Source of the DNA: Afipia sp.
Lineage (GTDB): Bacteria; Pseudomonadota; Alphaproteobacteria; Rhizobiales; Xanthobacteraceae
Direction of reading: 5' to 3'
NCBI GenBank assembly: GCA_051954725.1
Contig: JBQCHK010000027.1
Span: 112,269 to 144,268, forward strand
Length of the DNA: 32,000 nucleotides
Shown piece after piece: positions 8,921-18,163 of this stretch. Every line of letters starts with the position of its first letter. Position 1 is the first letter of the stretch. The notes below the pieces were generated by a model. That model did no database searches and was not told the DNA's origin. It saw only the letters and a list, made by a program, of their open reading frames with translations. Made by a program: the position numbers and the translations under genes.

Positions 8921-10881
8921 ATTCCGACCCCTACGAACCCACTGTTTGTCTTACGCAAATTGCGATAGCGCGCCAGTGCCCACAGCGGAAAGAACTTCGA
9001 ATAGCCGTGGTATCGCAGATAGAACACGCGCGGGAAACCCCCACCGGTGTAATGGCGCTCATGCCACAAACCGTTGTCCCCCTGCGCCTCTACTAGGTAC
9101 CTGATTCCCCGCTGGGTTGCCGGGTGATCGACCTGCCCGGCCGCCATCAGGGCGAGCGTTGCCCAGGCGGTCTGCGAGGCTGTCGTCTCGGACCGCTCGT
9201 AGCCCTGATAGTTCAACTTGTAACTATTTCCGTCCTCGCCCCAGCCGCCGTCGGTGTTCTGGATCGACGCCAGCCAATCGACCGCCTTGCGCATCATCGG
9301 ATCGTCGTGAGGCACGCCTGCGGCGTTGAGGGCGCACAGCACGGACCACGTGCCATAAATATAGTTCACGCCCCAGCGGCCGAACCATGACCCGTCCGCG
9401 AGCTGGCTGCGTCGAAGATAGTCGATGCCCCGCGCCAGGGCGGGTGAGTTCTCCACGGTATCGCCAAGCTGGGCCAGCATCGACACGCAACGCGCAGTGA
9501 CGTCATCGGTCGGCGGATCGAGCAGCGCGCCATGGTCGGAGAAAGGAATGTTGTTCAGATAGTATTCGAGATTGTCAGCGTCGAACGCGGCCCAGCCGCC
9601 ATCGACGCTCTGCAGCCCGAGAATCCATTCGCGGCCGCGCGCGATCGCTTCGTCGTACTTCGTGGCGCCATCCAGCTTTCGCGCGCGATCCATCGCCATG
9701 ACCACGACAGCAGTGTCGTCGAGATCTGGATAGTGTGCGTTGTTGTACTGGAACGCCCAGCCGCCCGGCCGCACGCCTGGTCGCTTCTCGATCCAGTCTC
9801 CCTCGACATCCAGCACCTGACGCGGCGCGAGCCATTCCAACGCGTCGTTCGCCGCCGCGACTTCGGTGTCGCTTCCGGATTCGAGCATGGCATGGGCCGT
9901 CAGAGCCGTATCCCACACCGGAGAAACGCAGGGCTGGCAATATGCCTCGTCGTCCTTGATCACGAGCAGGTTCTCGATCGACGTCCGCGCCAGCACATAA
10001 TGCGGATGATCCTTCGGATAGCCGAGCAGATCATACATCATCACGGTGTTGGCCATCGCCGGGAAAATCGCACCCAGTCCATCGACGCCATTGAGGCGTT
10101 CCGTAACGAACGCAACCGCCTTCTCGATCGAGCGCTGCCGGGTCTTCTTCGGAAACAGCGGATCGACGACACGCAGAATCTTGTCGAGAATATCGAAGCC
10201 GGTGAACCAGAGCTGGCTCTGGTGCGGCGCCTTCGGCGTCGGACCGATGGTCTTCGGGTCTTCGAGAAACAGTTCATCGATGCCGACGCCAAGCGGATTG
10301 CGCGCGCGCGGCTTCATCGTCATCAGCACCAGCAGCGGGACGATCACCGTCCGCGCCCAGTAGGAGATCTTGGTCAGGTGGAATGGAAACCAGCGCGGCA
10401 GCAGCATGATCTCCACCGGCATCACCGGCACCGCGCGCCAGGTCAGCACGCCGAACAGCGCCAGCATGATGCGGGTGAATACGTTGCTCTTGGCTGCCCC
10501 ACCACGCGCCAGCATCGCTTCGCGCGCTTTCACCATGTGCGGCGCGTCAACGGAATCTCCGATCATCTTGAGCGCGAAATATGCCTTCACGCTCGCGCTC
10601 ATATCGAACTCGTGGCCATAGAACAGCGACCAGCCGCCATTGTCGTTCTGGATGCGGCGCAGATAGTTTCCGATCTTCGCTTCCAGTTTGGCGTCAACCG
10701 GCTCGGCGAGATAGTGCCGCAGCAGAACGTACTCGGCCGGGATCGTTGCATCGGCTTCGAGCTCGAACACCCAATGACCATCATCCTTCCGGACATCGCG
10801 CACAGCACGGCTGGCCGAGAAAATGCTCTGCTCAAGAGCCTCGGCGGAAAGAGCGCTCGCGGTGGATCGGTCGATGGTCAT
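8917..10881 (-). CDS. shc: Squalene-hopene cyclase
   Basis: 654 aa; repeated QW motifs (QNDNGGWSLF, QSVDGGWAAF, QLADGSWFG, QNTDGGWGE) and catalytic DXDD as DLDDTAVV. Confidence 0.98.
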   Translation of the reverse strand: MTIDRSTASALSAEALEQSIFSASRAVRDVRKDDGHWVFELEADATIPAEYVLLRHYLAEPVDAKLEAKIGNYLRRIQNDNGGWSLFYGHEFDMSASVKAYFALKMIGDSVDAPHMVKAREAMLARGGAAKSNVFTRIMLALFGVLTWRAVPVMPVEIMLLPRWFPFHLTKISYWARTVIVPLLVLMTMKPRARNPLGVGIDELFLEDPKTIGPTPKAPHQSQLWFTGFDILDKILRVVDPLFPKKTRQRSIEKAVAFVTERLNGVDGLGAIFPAMANTVMMYDLLGYPKDHPHYVLARTSIENLLVIKDDEAYCQPCVSPVWDTALTAHAMLESGSDTEVAAANDALEWLAPRQVLDVEGDWIEKRPGVRPGGWAFQYNNAHYPDLDDTAVVVMAMDRARKLDGATKYDEAIARGREWILGLQSVDGGWAAFDADNLEYYLNNIPFSDHGALLDPPTDDVTARCVSMLAQLGDTVENSPALARGIDYLRRSQLADGSWFGRWGVNYIYGTWSVLCALNAAGVPHDDPMMRKAVDWLASIQNTDGGWGEDGNSYKLNYQGYERSETTASQTAWATLALMAAGQVDHPATQRGIRYLVEAQGDNGLWHERHYTGGGFPRVFYLRYHGYSKFFPLWALARYRNLRKTNSGFVGVGM

Positions 10882-10911
10882 GATGGTCGGGGTACCTCAA
10901 GGCCAGTGAAA

Positions 10912-12174
10912 TCAAGGCATTTTAAGGACGAGATCGGCGGCGCGATCGCCGGAGCGGATCGATCCTTCAATGGTTGCCGGCAATCCCGTATCAGTCCAGT
11001 CACCGGCGAGGAACAGGTTTTTCCATGACGTGACCGGCCCTGGACGCATGGCATGTTGTTCCGGCGTCGCTTCAAATGTGGCGCGGCGCTCGCGCACGAT
11101 TTGCCAAGGCGGCAACGGCCCTTCGGCAATTTCGTTGCTGATTCCGGCAGCCTTGCAGATGTCCCGCCAGATGGACCGCGCGAGTTCCTCGCGAGGCACA
11201 TTCACAAGGCGCTCTGCATCGCTGATGGTGACCGACAGCCTGTCCGGGAACGCGAACAGCCATTCGATCAGGCCGCCGACGACGCCCATCATCGGCGGCA
11301 TATCTTTCGGCGGATCGTAGCGGAAATGCGCGTTGACGATGGGACGGAACTTGTTGGGACTGCTGAGATCGGGAACGAGCCCAGCCGCAGGCCGCGCCGG
11401 CACCGCCAGCACGACCGCATCGCCCTCATCAAGCGTGGTCCTGTCGCTGCCAAAATCGAGCCCAGATATCCGGCCGCCCGACATCTCGAGCCGATGAAGC
11501 TCATGTGTAAAATTCACCGTCGCGCCCTTCTCACGCAACAGATCAATCGCGGGCTCAACCAGCACCGCGCTGAGACCATCACGCGCGATCAGCGGCCGGC
11601 ATACCTGCCCGCCGGCCATCAGCGTTTCGCGCACGATCGCGCCGGCAAGACCCGCCGAGCCAAGTGGCGGATCGACGTTCAGCGCCGCAAGCAAGAGCGG
11701 CTGGATCAGCCTGTCGTAGAGCGTGCCCTTGCAGGCGATGGTGTCGCCGATCGCCTTGTCGGTCCCGGCCCAGACCAGCGGTGACAGCGCGAGATAATCC
11801 CCGATCGAGGTGTCCGGCACGCGACGCGTGCTATCGAACAACCAGAAAGGAAAGCGGCTGTCGCCGAGATCGAGCAGCCAGGTTTTGCCGCTCTTAAGAT
11901 CGACGAAATGAAACTGCGCGCGCTCCGGCCCGACAAGTCCTGCTTCGGTTCCGATCGAACGAGCATAAGCAACGGCGTGACGGTTACCTGACAGCACCAG
12001 ATGATTGCCGTTATCGATATTCAGGCCGACAGCGGAATCGAAATAGGAGCGGCAACGACCGCCAGCGCTCTTTGTCGCTTCATGAACGTGGACCTGCCAC
12101 CCCTCGCGCACGAGACGCACGGCGGCGGACAATCCGGACAGGCCCGCGCCAATGATATGAACGGTGCGCGGCAT
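10912..12174 (-). CDS. hpnE: HpnE, squalene-associated FAD-dependent desaturase
   Basis: 420 aa; VHIIGAGLSGLSAAVRLVREGWQVHVHEATKSAGGRCRSY dinucleotide-binding N-terminus; C-terminal LAGDWTDTGLPATIEGSIRSGDRAADLV. Confidence 0.94.
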   Translation of the reverse strand: MPRTVHIIGAGLSGLSAAVRLVREGWQVHVHEATKSAGGRCRSYFDSAVGLNIDNGNHLVLSGNRHAVAYARSIGTEAGLVGPERAQFHFVDLKSGKTWLLDLGDSRFPFWLFDSTRRVPDTSIGDYLALSPLVWAGTDKAIGDTIACKGTLYDRLIQPLLLAALNVDPPLGSAGLAGAIVRETLMAGGQVCRPLIARDGLSAVLVEPAIDLLREKGATVNFTHELHRLEMSGGRISGLDFGSDRTTLDEGDAVVLAVPARPAAGLVPDLSSPNKFRPIVNAHFRYDPPKDMPPMMGVVGGLIEWLFAFPDRLSVTISDAERLVNVPREELARSIWRDICKAAGISNEIAEGPLPPWQIVRERRATFEATPEQHAMRPGPVTSWKNLFLAGDWTDTGLPATIEGSIRSGDRAADLVLKMP

Positions 12175-13001
12175 CAGATCACCGCGTATCGCAGAAGGAT
12201 CAGCATTTTGGCGGCCTTGCTCAGTTTGACCGGCTGGCGCGGCGGTGCGAACCCGCGCGTCACGAGCCGGTCGAGGATGGTATGGTAATATTTCGACATG
12301 ATCCGTGGCGCGCGCACACTACGTCGCGAATTGCGCGCCATGATCTCGTCGGACTTTGCGAAATGTTCGCGCGCCTGCGCAATCAACGGCGTGCACGCGT
12401 GTGCTACGTTGGTATCGGCGGCAACCACAACAGGATCGCTGGACGAGATCCCCGCCGCATGGAGTGCTTCGCGCGGAAGGTAAAGCCGACCGATGCCGGC
12501 ATCCTCGTCGATATCGCGCAGGATGTTGGTCAGTTGCAGTGCGCGGCCGAGATGATGCGCAAGAAGAAGGCCATCGTTTTCCGGCATGCCGAAGACACGC
12601 ACCGACAAGCGTCCGACGGCCGAGGCGACGCGATCGCAGTATAGATCAAGCGTTTTCTCGTCCGGCGCGCGAATATCGGCCGGAATATCCATTTCCATGC
12701 CGTCGATAATGGCGATGAAATCCTCGCGCTTGAGGCCGAACTGCTTCACCGGGCCGACGTAATCCTTCACTCGAGCTGGAGGATTGCCGGCGTAGAGCGC
12801 GTCGATATCGCGCCGCCATTGGTCGATATCCGCCAGCCGCGTCTCGCGCGGACCATCGGAATCCGCAATGTCATCGACCTGACGGCAGAAGCTGTAGATC
12901 TGAAACATCGCGTCGCGCTGCTCAGCCGGCAGAATGCGCATCGCCGCATAGAACGAACTGCCCGAAGCCGTGGTGGCCGGCGTGGTGTCCAAGGTGGTCA
13001 T
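12174..13001 (-). CDS. hpnD: Presqualene diphosphate synthase HpnD
   Basis: Trans-isoprenyl diphosphate synthase motifs YSFCRQVDDIADSDG and LQLTNILRDIDEDAGIGRLYLP. Track start 13010 is TTG; ATG at 13001 (MTTLDTTPATTAS) is in frame. Confidence 0.94.
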   Translation of the reverse strand: MTTLDTTPATTASGSSFYAAMRILPAEQRDAMFQIYSFCRQVDDIADSDGPRETRLADIDQWRRDIDALYAGNPPARVKDYVGPVKQFGLKREDFIAIIDGMEMDIPADIRAPDEKTLDLYCDRVASAVGRLSVRVFGMPENDGLLLAHHLGRALQLTNILRDIDEDAGIGRLYLPREALHAAGISSSDPVVVAADTNVAHACTPLIAQAREHFAKSDEIMARNSRRSVRAPRIMSKYYHTILDRLVTRGFAPPRQPVKLSKAAKMLILLRYAVI

Positions 13002-13006
13002 GATGA

Positions 13007-13885
13007 TCAAGCGCCGGTTGAGATACGCGACACCGGCTTATGGCCAGTGGCGCGACGAAGGGTTTCACCGCTAACGCTGCGCGCTGCCAGACCAAGCATG
13101 GCAAACTTCGACAAATGGACGCGCTCGCTGAGCGGATCGCGCACCTGAAGCAGCTTCACGATCTTCTCGGCAAAGGCCTGGATCACGGCAATCTCGGCAC
13201 CAAGGCGCGCATCCTTGACCTGCCCGCTGAATGGCTTGCACTCGACCAGCAAAGTTTCGTTGCGCACGGCCAGTTTGCGGATGCAGTCGAGCAGTGGCGC
13301 TGACGCCTTTGCACTTCCGAGGGATTCGATCGAGGCGCCCGATGCGGCCATCGCATCGAGCGGAATATAGACGCGATCGAGATTGCGATAATCCTTGCCG
13401 CAATCCTGCAGATGATTGTTGATCTGAAGCGCTGCGCACAGAACGTCCGACGCCGCCCATGTCGAGCGGTCTTCCTCGTGGACATCGAGCATGAAGCGAC
13501 CGACCGGCATCGCCGAATAAGTGCAGTAATGAATCAACTCGTCCCAGTTCTGGTAACGCGTCTTGGTCACGTCGAGGCGAAACGCAACCAGCACGTCGAG
13601 CGCATGACGCGGTGACATCCCTCGCTCGGCCAGGGCGGCACGCAAGGCGAGCGCTTCGGGTTGGCCGCCCCCCTCACCGGTGAGATCGGCTTCCAGACGG
13701 TCGAGTTGATCGAGCTTTTCTTGTGGCGCGAGAGAAGCATGATCGGCGATGTCGTCGGCGGTGCGCACGAAATTATAGAAGGCAAGAATCAGCGCCCGGT
13801 GGCGCGGATGGATAATCCGCGACGCAACCGGGAAATTCTCGTCCTTGTGGCCTTTGCCGGAACGCAGCTCGCCTGCAGTGGTCAT
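13007..13885 (-). CDS. hpnC: HpnC, squalene synthase-like
   Basis: ATG at 13885 gives MTTAGELRSGKGHKDENFPVASRIIHPRHRALILAFYNFVRTADDIADHAS..., and NHLQDCGKDYRNLDRVYIPLD. The longer track ORF (to 14326) has an implausible N-terminus antisense/out of frame over hpnB. Confidence 0.93.
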   Translation of the reverse strand: MTTAGELRSGKGHKDENFPVASRIIHPRHRALILAFYNFVRTADDIADHASLAPQEKLDQLDRLEADLTGEGGGQPEALALRAALAERGMSPRHALDVLVAFRLDVTKTRYQNWDELIHYCTYSAMPVGRFMLDVHEEDRSTWAASDVLCAALQINNHLQDCGKDYRNLDRVYIPLDAMAASGASIESLGSAKASAPLLDCIRKLAVRNETLLVECKPFSGQVKDARLGAEIAVIQAFAEKIVKLLQVRDPLSERVHLSKFAMLGLAARSVSGETLRRATGHKPVSRISTGA

Positions 13886-15042
13886 TGCGAGCGCGATACC
13901 TGGGCCTGGACCCGGCCCTTCCACAGCCCACCACGGCCGCGGACATGCTGATAGGCAGAGTTGATCGTGAACACCATGTAAGCCATTGCAATTGCTGGGA
14001 GAAAAAGCCCCCATATCGGGCTGCGGCCATAATACCGCAGGGTCGGCTGGAAGGCGAGCGCCATCAATAGCCATGAAAGCCCGGCAAATACACGGCTCCA
14101 GCCGTGACCAAACAGCGCGATCGCCACCGGCGCCGGAAACGCCAATGCCATGATCAGGACGGTCGCCATCACGATCAGGATCGAATACTGCAACTGAGCG
14201 AACGCCGTCCGTGAAATCATCCGCCCGATCGTGGGAATGTCCTCGGAGACGCGCACGCTTCTGACGTGGGGAGAGAAGCCGAGCCACACCGGGCCTTGCG
14301 TCTTGAGTTTGGCGCCCAGCGCGCAATCGTCGATCAGTTCATCCCGGATGGCCTGAATCCCGCCGATCGCCTTCAGCGCGTCCCATCGTGCGAGGATACA
14401 GCCCCCTGCCGCTGCTGCTGTCCGCCGCTTGCGATCGTTGACCCATGAAAACGGATAGAACATGCCGAAGAAGAAAATGAAGGACGGAATCAGGAAGCGC
14501 TCGGCGAAGCTCTCGCAACGCAGTTTGGCCATGACCGAAGCCATCGTCAGACCGCGCTCCTGCGCTCGCGCAACAAGCCGCATGACCACATCGCCTGAAT
14601 AGACAATATCTGCGTCGGTCAGCAGTACGAAGGTCGGCTGCACTTCGCGGCTCTCGACCTCATCCAGGCCATTCTTCACTGCCCATAATTTTCCGGTCCA
14701 GCCTGCGGGCAGATCCCGGCCCGGGATGACAGTGAGCCTGCCCGAAGCACCGATTGCATCGGCGGCGGCGCGCGCAATCTGCGCCGTTCCGTCCGTGCTC
14801 TGGTCATCGACCAGCACCACCGACAGTTCGCCGGGATAAGACTGCTGGAGGATCGAGGTGACACAGGCGCCGATGCTCTCGGCTTCATCACGTGCCGGCA
14901 CCACCGCGACGATCGGCGGCCAGACAGCGGAAGCAGGCTGCGGAGCAAGGTCGTTGTATCTGCGGGTCTGCCAGAAACGACCGTGACCGACGACAAGATA
15001 AATCCAGATCGCGAGACCGAGGGCGGCGAAAACGAGGGTCAT
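13882..15042 (-). CDS. hpnB: HpnB, hopene-associated glycosyltransferase family 2
   Basis: GT2 domain (IVAVVPARDEAESIGACVTSILQQSYPGELSVVLVDDQSTDGTA...LLTDADI) plus C-terminal TM helices; ATG at 15042; 4-nt overlap with hpnC start. Confidence 0.92.
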   Translation of the reverse strand: MTLVFAALGLAIWIYLVVGHGRFWQTRRYNDLAPQPASAVWPPIVAVVPARDEAESIGACVTSILQQSYPGELSVVLVDDQSTDGTAQIARAAADAIGASGRLTVIPGRDLPAGWTGKLWAVKNGLDEVESREVQPTFVLLTDADIVYSGDVVMRLVARAQERGLTMASVMAKLRCESFAERFLIPSFIFFFGMFYPFSWVNDRKRRTAAAAGGCILARWDALKAIGGIQAIRDELIDDCALGAKLKTQGPVWLGFSPHVRSVRVSEDIPTIGRMISRTAFAQLQYSILIVMATVLIMALAFPAPVAIALFGHGWSRVFAGLSWLLMALAFQPTLRYYGRSPIWGLFLPAIAMAYMVFTINSAYQHVRGRGGLWKGRVQAQVSRSQ

Positions 15043-15207
15043 GGCAATGAGATCAATTTGGATACCGGCGACGGCCGGCCGTCGGCCCACAATCTAGCAG
15101 GCCAAATTGCTCATTCCATAGCCCGCTGCCCGTTGCAAGGCAGTCGAAAAAGCCGACCGGGCACCCTGATTGATAGCCGAAATTGCCCCAAAATGGCTGG
15201 CGCGCGC

Positions 15208-16794
15208 CTACTCCGCGGCTGCCGGTATTTCTCGCAATCTGGTCGAATAATAGGAGGCGTTTTGCTCACCGCCGGACGCTGCCCGGGCGAACATGATCAG
15301 GTGGTGGGCAACAAGGCCAACCTGAATGACACGCTCGATGTCGCCGGCCTTCAGGCGGGGCCAGGCGAACTGCCAGAACTCACTGCGATAATCGCTCTTC
15401 ACGCCGACCTGCCAGATGATATGCCGCATCATGGTCAGGGCCCGCTTGATATTGCGCCATGACAGGCGCTGCCTGCTGTTGGGCAGAGGAATCCGGTTGG
15501 GATAGGTCTCACGGACCTGATGCCAGAAGCGCGCGAACAGCTTGTCTGGGGTATAGGCACGCCCCATGCACTGACGCCACGTCGCCACGACATGATCGTA
15601 AGGCAGGAAAAACTCGACGTTGGAATCGCGATCCTCGCTCTCGTTCAGACGCCCTTCCCGCTTCAATCGGTCCCACAGCGGCGTCCGTGGCAAGGCCTGC
15701 AGCAGATTGATGGTCAACAATGGAATCTGGGATTGATCGATGAAATCGAGAATCGCTTCACCCGATTCCATCGTATCGGTGTCGAGGCCGAGAATAATGC
15801 CGGACACCACTTCCATTCCGTAGCTGTTCAGCGTTTTCACGCCTTCCAGGATCGGCACCATCATGTTGTGCTGCTTGGACATCGCCTTGAGCGCTTCCGG
15901 GTCCGGCGTTTCGATGCCGCAGAACACCGTGACGAAATAGGCATCGCGCATCAGCGACAGGATTTCCGGGCGCTTGGCAATGTTCAGCGTCGCCTCGCAG
16001 GCAAACTGCAATGCAAAACCGTTGCGCTTCTGCCAGGCAACGAGATGCGGCAGCAGTTCGAGCGCGGCGCGGCGATTGCCGATGAAATTGTCATCAACGA
16101 AATAAACCGATCCGGACAAGCCGCAAGCAAGCATCTTGTCGAGTTCGGCAAGCACCTGTTCTGGCGATTTGAGGCGTGGGTTGCGGCCATAGAGTGCGGG
16201 AATGTCGCAAAACTCGCACTGATAGGGACAGCCACTGGAAAACTGGATGCTGCCGAGAAAATATTTCCGCAGAGGAATCAGCTCGTATGCCGGCAGCGGA
16301 AATTCCGACATCTCGCGACGCTCTTGCGTCGTCAGCACCACCTGCCTTTCAGGCCGCGACGGATCGTCGGAAATACGCCTGAACAGTTCCTCGGTCGCAT
16401 CGCCCATCTCGCCGATATGGAGGTAATCGAAATCGGGATAATTCTCCGGGCACGCGCTGACCGAGGGCCCGCCTAGCGCAACGGCTCGATCGTGGTCGTG
16501 TGCCCTGCTGCAGATATCGTTGATCTGGCGACGCTGGATATGCATGCCACTGACGAACACCGCGTCGGCCCAGCGAAAATCATCCGCCGATGCCGCATGA
16601 ATGTTCTCGTCCACGAAACGAACGTCCCAGTTTTCCGGGACAGACGCCGCGATCAGCAACAGCCCCTGCGGCGGCATGAAGGCCTGCACGCCGTCAGTCA
16701 ATGGATAGGCATATTCAAAAGTACCGAATGAAGGAGAGTATTTTGGAAAAACGCAAAGAATGCGCCGGGTCGTCGTAAAAGCGTCTTTCTTCAT
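15208..16794 (-). CDS. hpnP: B12-binding radical SAM protein, probable hopanoid C-2 methylase HpnP
   Basis: 528 aa from ATG at 16794 (MKKDAFTTTRRILCVFPKYSPSFGTFEYAY). Radical SAM motif SSGCPYQCEFCDIPALYGRNPR with preceding B12-binding-like domain, placed directly upstream of hpnB. HpnR/HpnJ are related B12 radical SAM families, hence reduced confidence. Confidence 0.8.
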   Translation of the reverse strand: MKKDAFTTTRRILCVFPKYSPSFGTFEYAYPLTDGVQAFMPPQGLLLIAASVPENWDVRFVDENIHAASADDFRWADAVFVSGMHIQRRQINDICSRAHDHDRAVALGGPSVSACPENYPDFDYLHIGEMGDATEELFRRISDDPSRPERQVVLTTQERREMSEFPLPAYELIPLRKYFLGSIQFSSGCPYQCEFCDIPALYGRNPRLKSPEQVLAELDKMLACGLSGSVYFVDDNFIGNRRAALELLPHLVAWQKRNGFALQFACEATLNIAKRPEILSLMRDAYFVTVFCGIETPDPEALKAMSKQHNMMVPILEGVKTLNSYGMEVVSGIILGLDTDTMESGEAILDFIDQSQIPLLTINLLQALPRTPLWDRLKREGRLNESEDRDSNVEFFLPYDHVVATWRQCMGRAYTPDKLFARFWHQVRETYPNRIPLPNSRQRLSWRNIKRALTMMRHIIWQVGVKSDYRSEFWQFAWPRLKAGDIERVIQVGLVAHHLIMFARAASGGEQNASYYSTRLREIPAAAE

Positions 16795-16912
16795 CGGCCC
16801 CCCTGCGACCAGAGCGTAGCGACTCGCGAGAACGACGGAAAACTCCAATCAGAATGGGGCACCCTGATGTCTCCTTGCCGTCACCCCCGCGATATCGAGT
16901 GCAACCCTGATC

Positions 16913-16937
16913 AACGCCGCAGCATACCCATCGTTCC
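16913..16937 (-). promoter_or_regulatory. Candidate EcfG (general stress ECF sigma) promoter upstream of hpnP
   Basis: Reverse strand reads GCC-GGAAC-GATGGGTATGCTGCGG-CGTT-GA, i.e. GGAAC-N16-CGTT, matching the published alphaproteobacterial EcfG consensus GGAAC-N16/17-CGTT; 119 bp from hpnP ATG, correct orientation. Confidence 0.7.
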
Positions 16938-17064
16938 GGCCGATCCCGGGTGAGTTCCGGGTGTTTGAAACGCAGGATCAGGAATCCACGGGAGATCGCT
17001 CCAGGCGTGCAGTTGACCGCGAACCGGAGTTCGACAATCCTCCGGCGCAACAACGGGAGGAAAC

Positions 17065-18066
17065 ATGGCCGACAGCATCAATCGTCAGATCCTGCTGGTG
17101 GAAAAGCCCACCGGCAAACTGGCGCCCCAGAATTTCACGATGGTGGACGGCAAGATACCGGAGCCGAAAGATGGCGAGGTGCTGGTGCGTGTGCGCTATA
17201 TCTCGCTCGACGCTGCCAACCGCGCATGGATGCACGGCGCAACCTATCGCTCCGCGGTCGAAACCAACACCGTGATGGCGGGCGGCGCAATCGCCGAAGT
17301 CGTTTCTTCGAAAGCGCCGGGCTTTGCCAAGGGCGACCTCGTGTTCGGCGATACCGGCTGGCAGGACTATGCCGCCGTATCCGCCAAGCATCTCGTCAAA
17401 GTGCCCCACCTCGAGCCGATGACGCATCTGCTCAGTGTATTCGGCATTGCCGGCCTCACCGCCTATTTCGGCCTTCTCCATGTCGGCAAGCCGAAAGCCG
17501 GCGACACCGTCGTGGTCTCCGCGGCGGCCGGTTCAGTGGGATCGATCGTCGGACAGATCGCGAAAATCAAAGGTTGCCGCGTCGTGGGCATCGCCGGCGG
17601 CAAAGCCAAGTGCGACTGGCTGATATCAGAACTCGGGTTCGATGCCGCGGTCGACTACAAGAACGAACCAGTCTTCAAGGCGCTCAAGGCAGCAGCACCG
17701 AACGGCATCGATGTTTATTTCGACAATGTCGGCGGGGACATCCTCGAAGCCTGCCTGCCGCAGATGAATCTGCGCGGCCGTATCGCCTGCTGCGGCGCTG
17801 TCTCGCAATACGACGGCGCGCCGTCCGCCACCGGTCCGCGCGGCGTCCCTGGTCTGATCGTGGTCAAACGGCTGATCATGCAGGGCTTCATCGTGATGGA
17901 TTTCGACGATCAGCGCGAGCAGGCACTCGCGGATTTGCAGTCCTGGGTGAAATCCGGCCAGCTCAAGGTTCAGGAAGACGTCATTGACGGGCTAGAGAAC
18001 ACGCCGAAGGCGCTGATTGGCCTTCTCGCTGGCGAGAACCGTGGCAAGCGGATGGTCAGGGTCTAA
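17065..18066 (+). CDS. NADP-dependent MDR-family oxidoreductase (curcumin/prostaglandin reductase-like)
   Basis: 333 aa; MADSINRQILLVEKPTGKLAPQNF..., GDTVVVSAAAGSVGSIVGQIAKIKGCRVVGIAGGKAKCDWL, ATGPRGVPGL, GLENTPKALIGLLAGENRGKRMVRV. Confidence 0.88.
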   Translation: MADSINRQILLVEKPTGKLAPQNFTMVDGKIPEPKDGEVLVRVRYISLDAANRAWMHGATYRSAVETNTVMAGGAIAEVVSSKAPGFAKGDLVFGDTGWQDYAAVSAKHLVKVPHLEPMTHLLSVFGIAGLTAYFGLLHVGKPKAGDTVVVSAAAGSVGSIVGQIAKIKGCRVVGIAGGKAKCDWLISELGFDAAVDYKNEPVFKALKAAAPNGIDVYFDNVGGDILEACLPQMNLRGRIACCGAVSQYDGAPSATGPRGVPGLIVVKRLIMQGFIVMDFDDQREQALADLQSWVKSGQLKVQEDVIDGLENTPKALIGLLAGENRGKRMVRV

Positions 18067-18090
18067 GCCTGCCGGTGGTACACTGCGGTG

Positions 18091-18116
18091 AAATGCCCGG
18101 CCCGGCCGGGCATTTT
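18091..18116 (+). terminator. Rho-independent terminator after the MDR oxidoreductase
   Basis: 11-bp perfect stem AAATGCCCGGC-CCG-GCCGGGCATTT followed by T (CATTTTGTATTTT). Confidence 0.8.
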
Positions 18117-18163
18117 GTATTTTGCTCCCACGAATTTTCGCATAAACCTACCTGGTATTTATT

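Noticed and set aside
9532-11028. 498-aa plus-strand ORF opposite shc, the longest antisense ORF
   Set aside because: It is the mirror of a well-supported squalene-hopene cyclase. Its translation is His/Arg-rich with no family motifs, as expected for shadow ORFs in high-GC DNA.
13886-14326. N-terminal extension of hpnC in the track ORF
   Set aside because: It overlaps hpnB out of frame and does not resemble the squalene synthase family; the ATG at 13885 gives a typical start with a 4-nt coupled overlap.
15520-16476. 318-aa plus-strand ORF opposite hpnP, and similar ones such as 18056..19153 and 28886..29665
   Set aside because: GC-driven shadow ORFs lacking coherent protein features.
16938-16958. 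Second GGAAC on the minus strand at 16958-16954
   Set aside because: No CGTT at 16-17 nt spacing; the next bases at that distance are GGAA.
16950-17987. 345-aa plus-strand ORF overlapping the MDR oxidoreductase
   Set aside because: Frame-shifted reading of the same strand as the well-supported 17065..18066 gene, with Arg-rich composition and no motifs.
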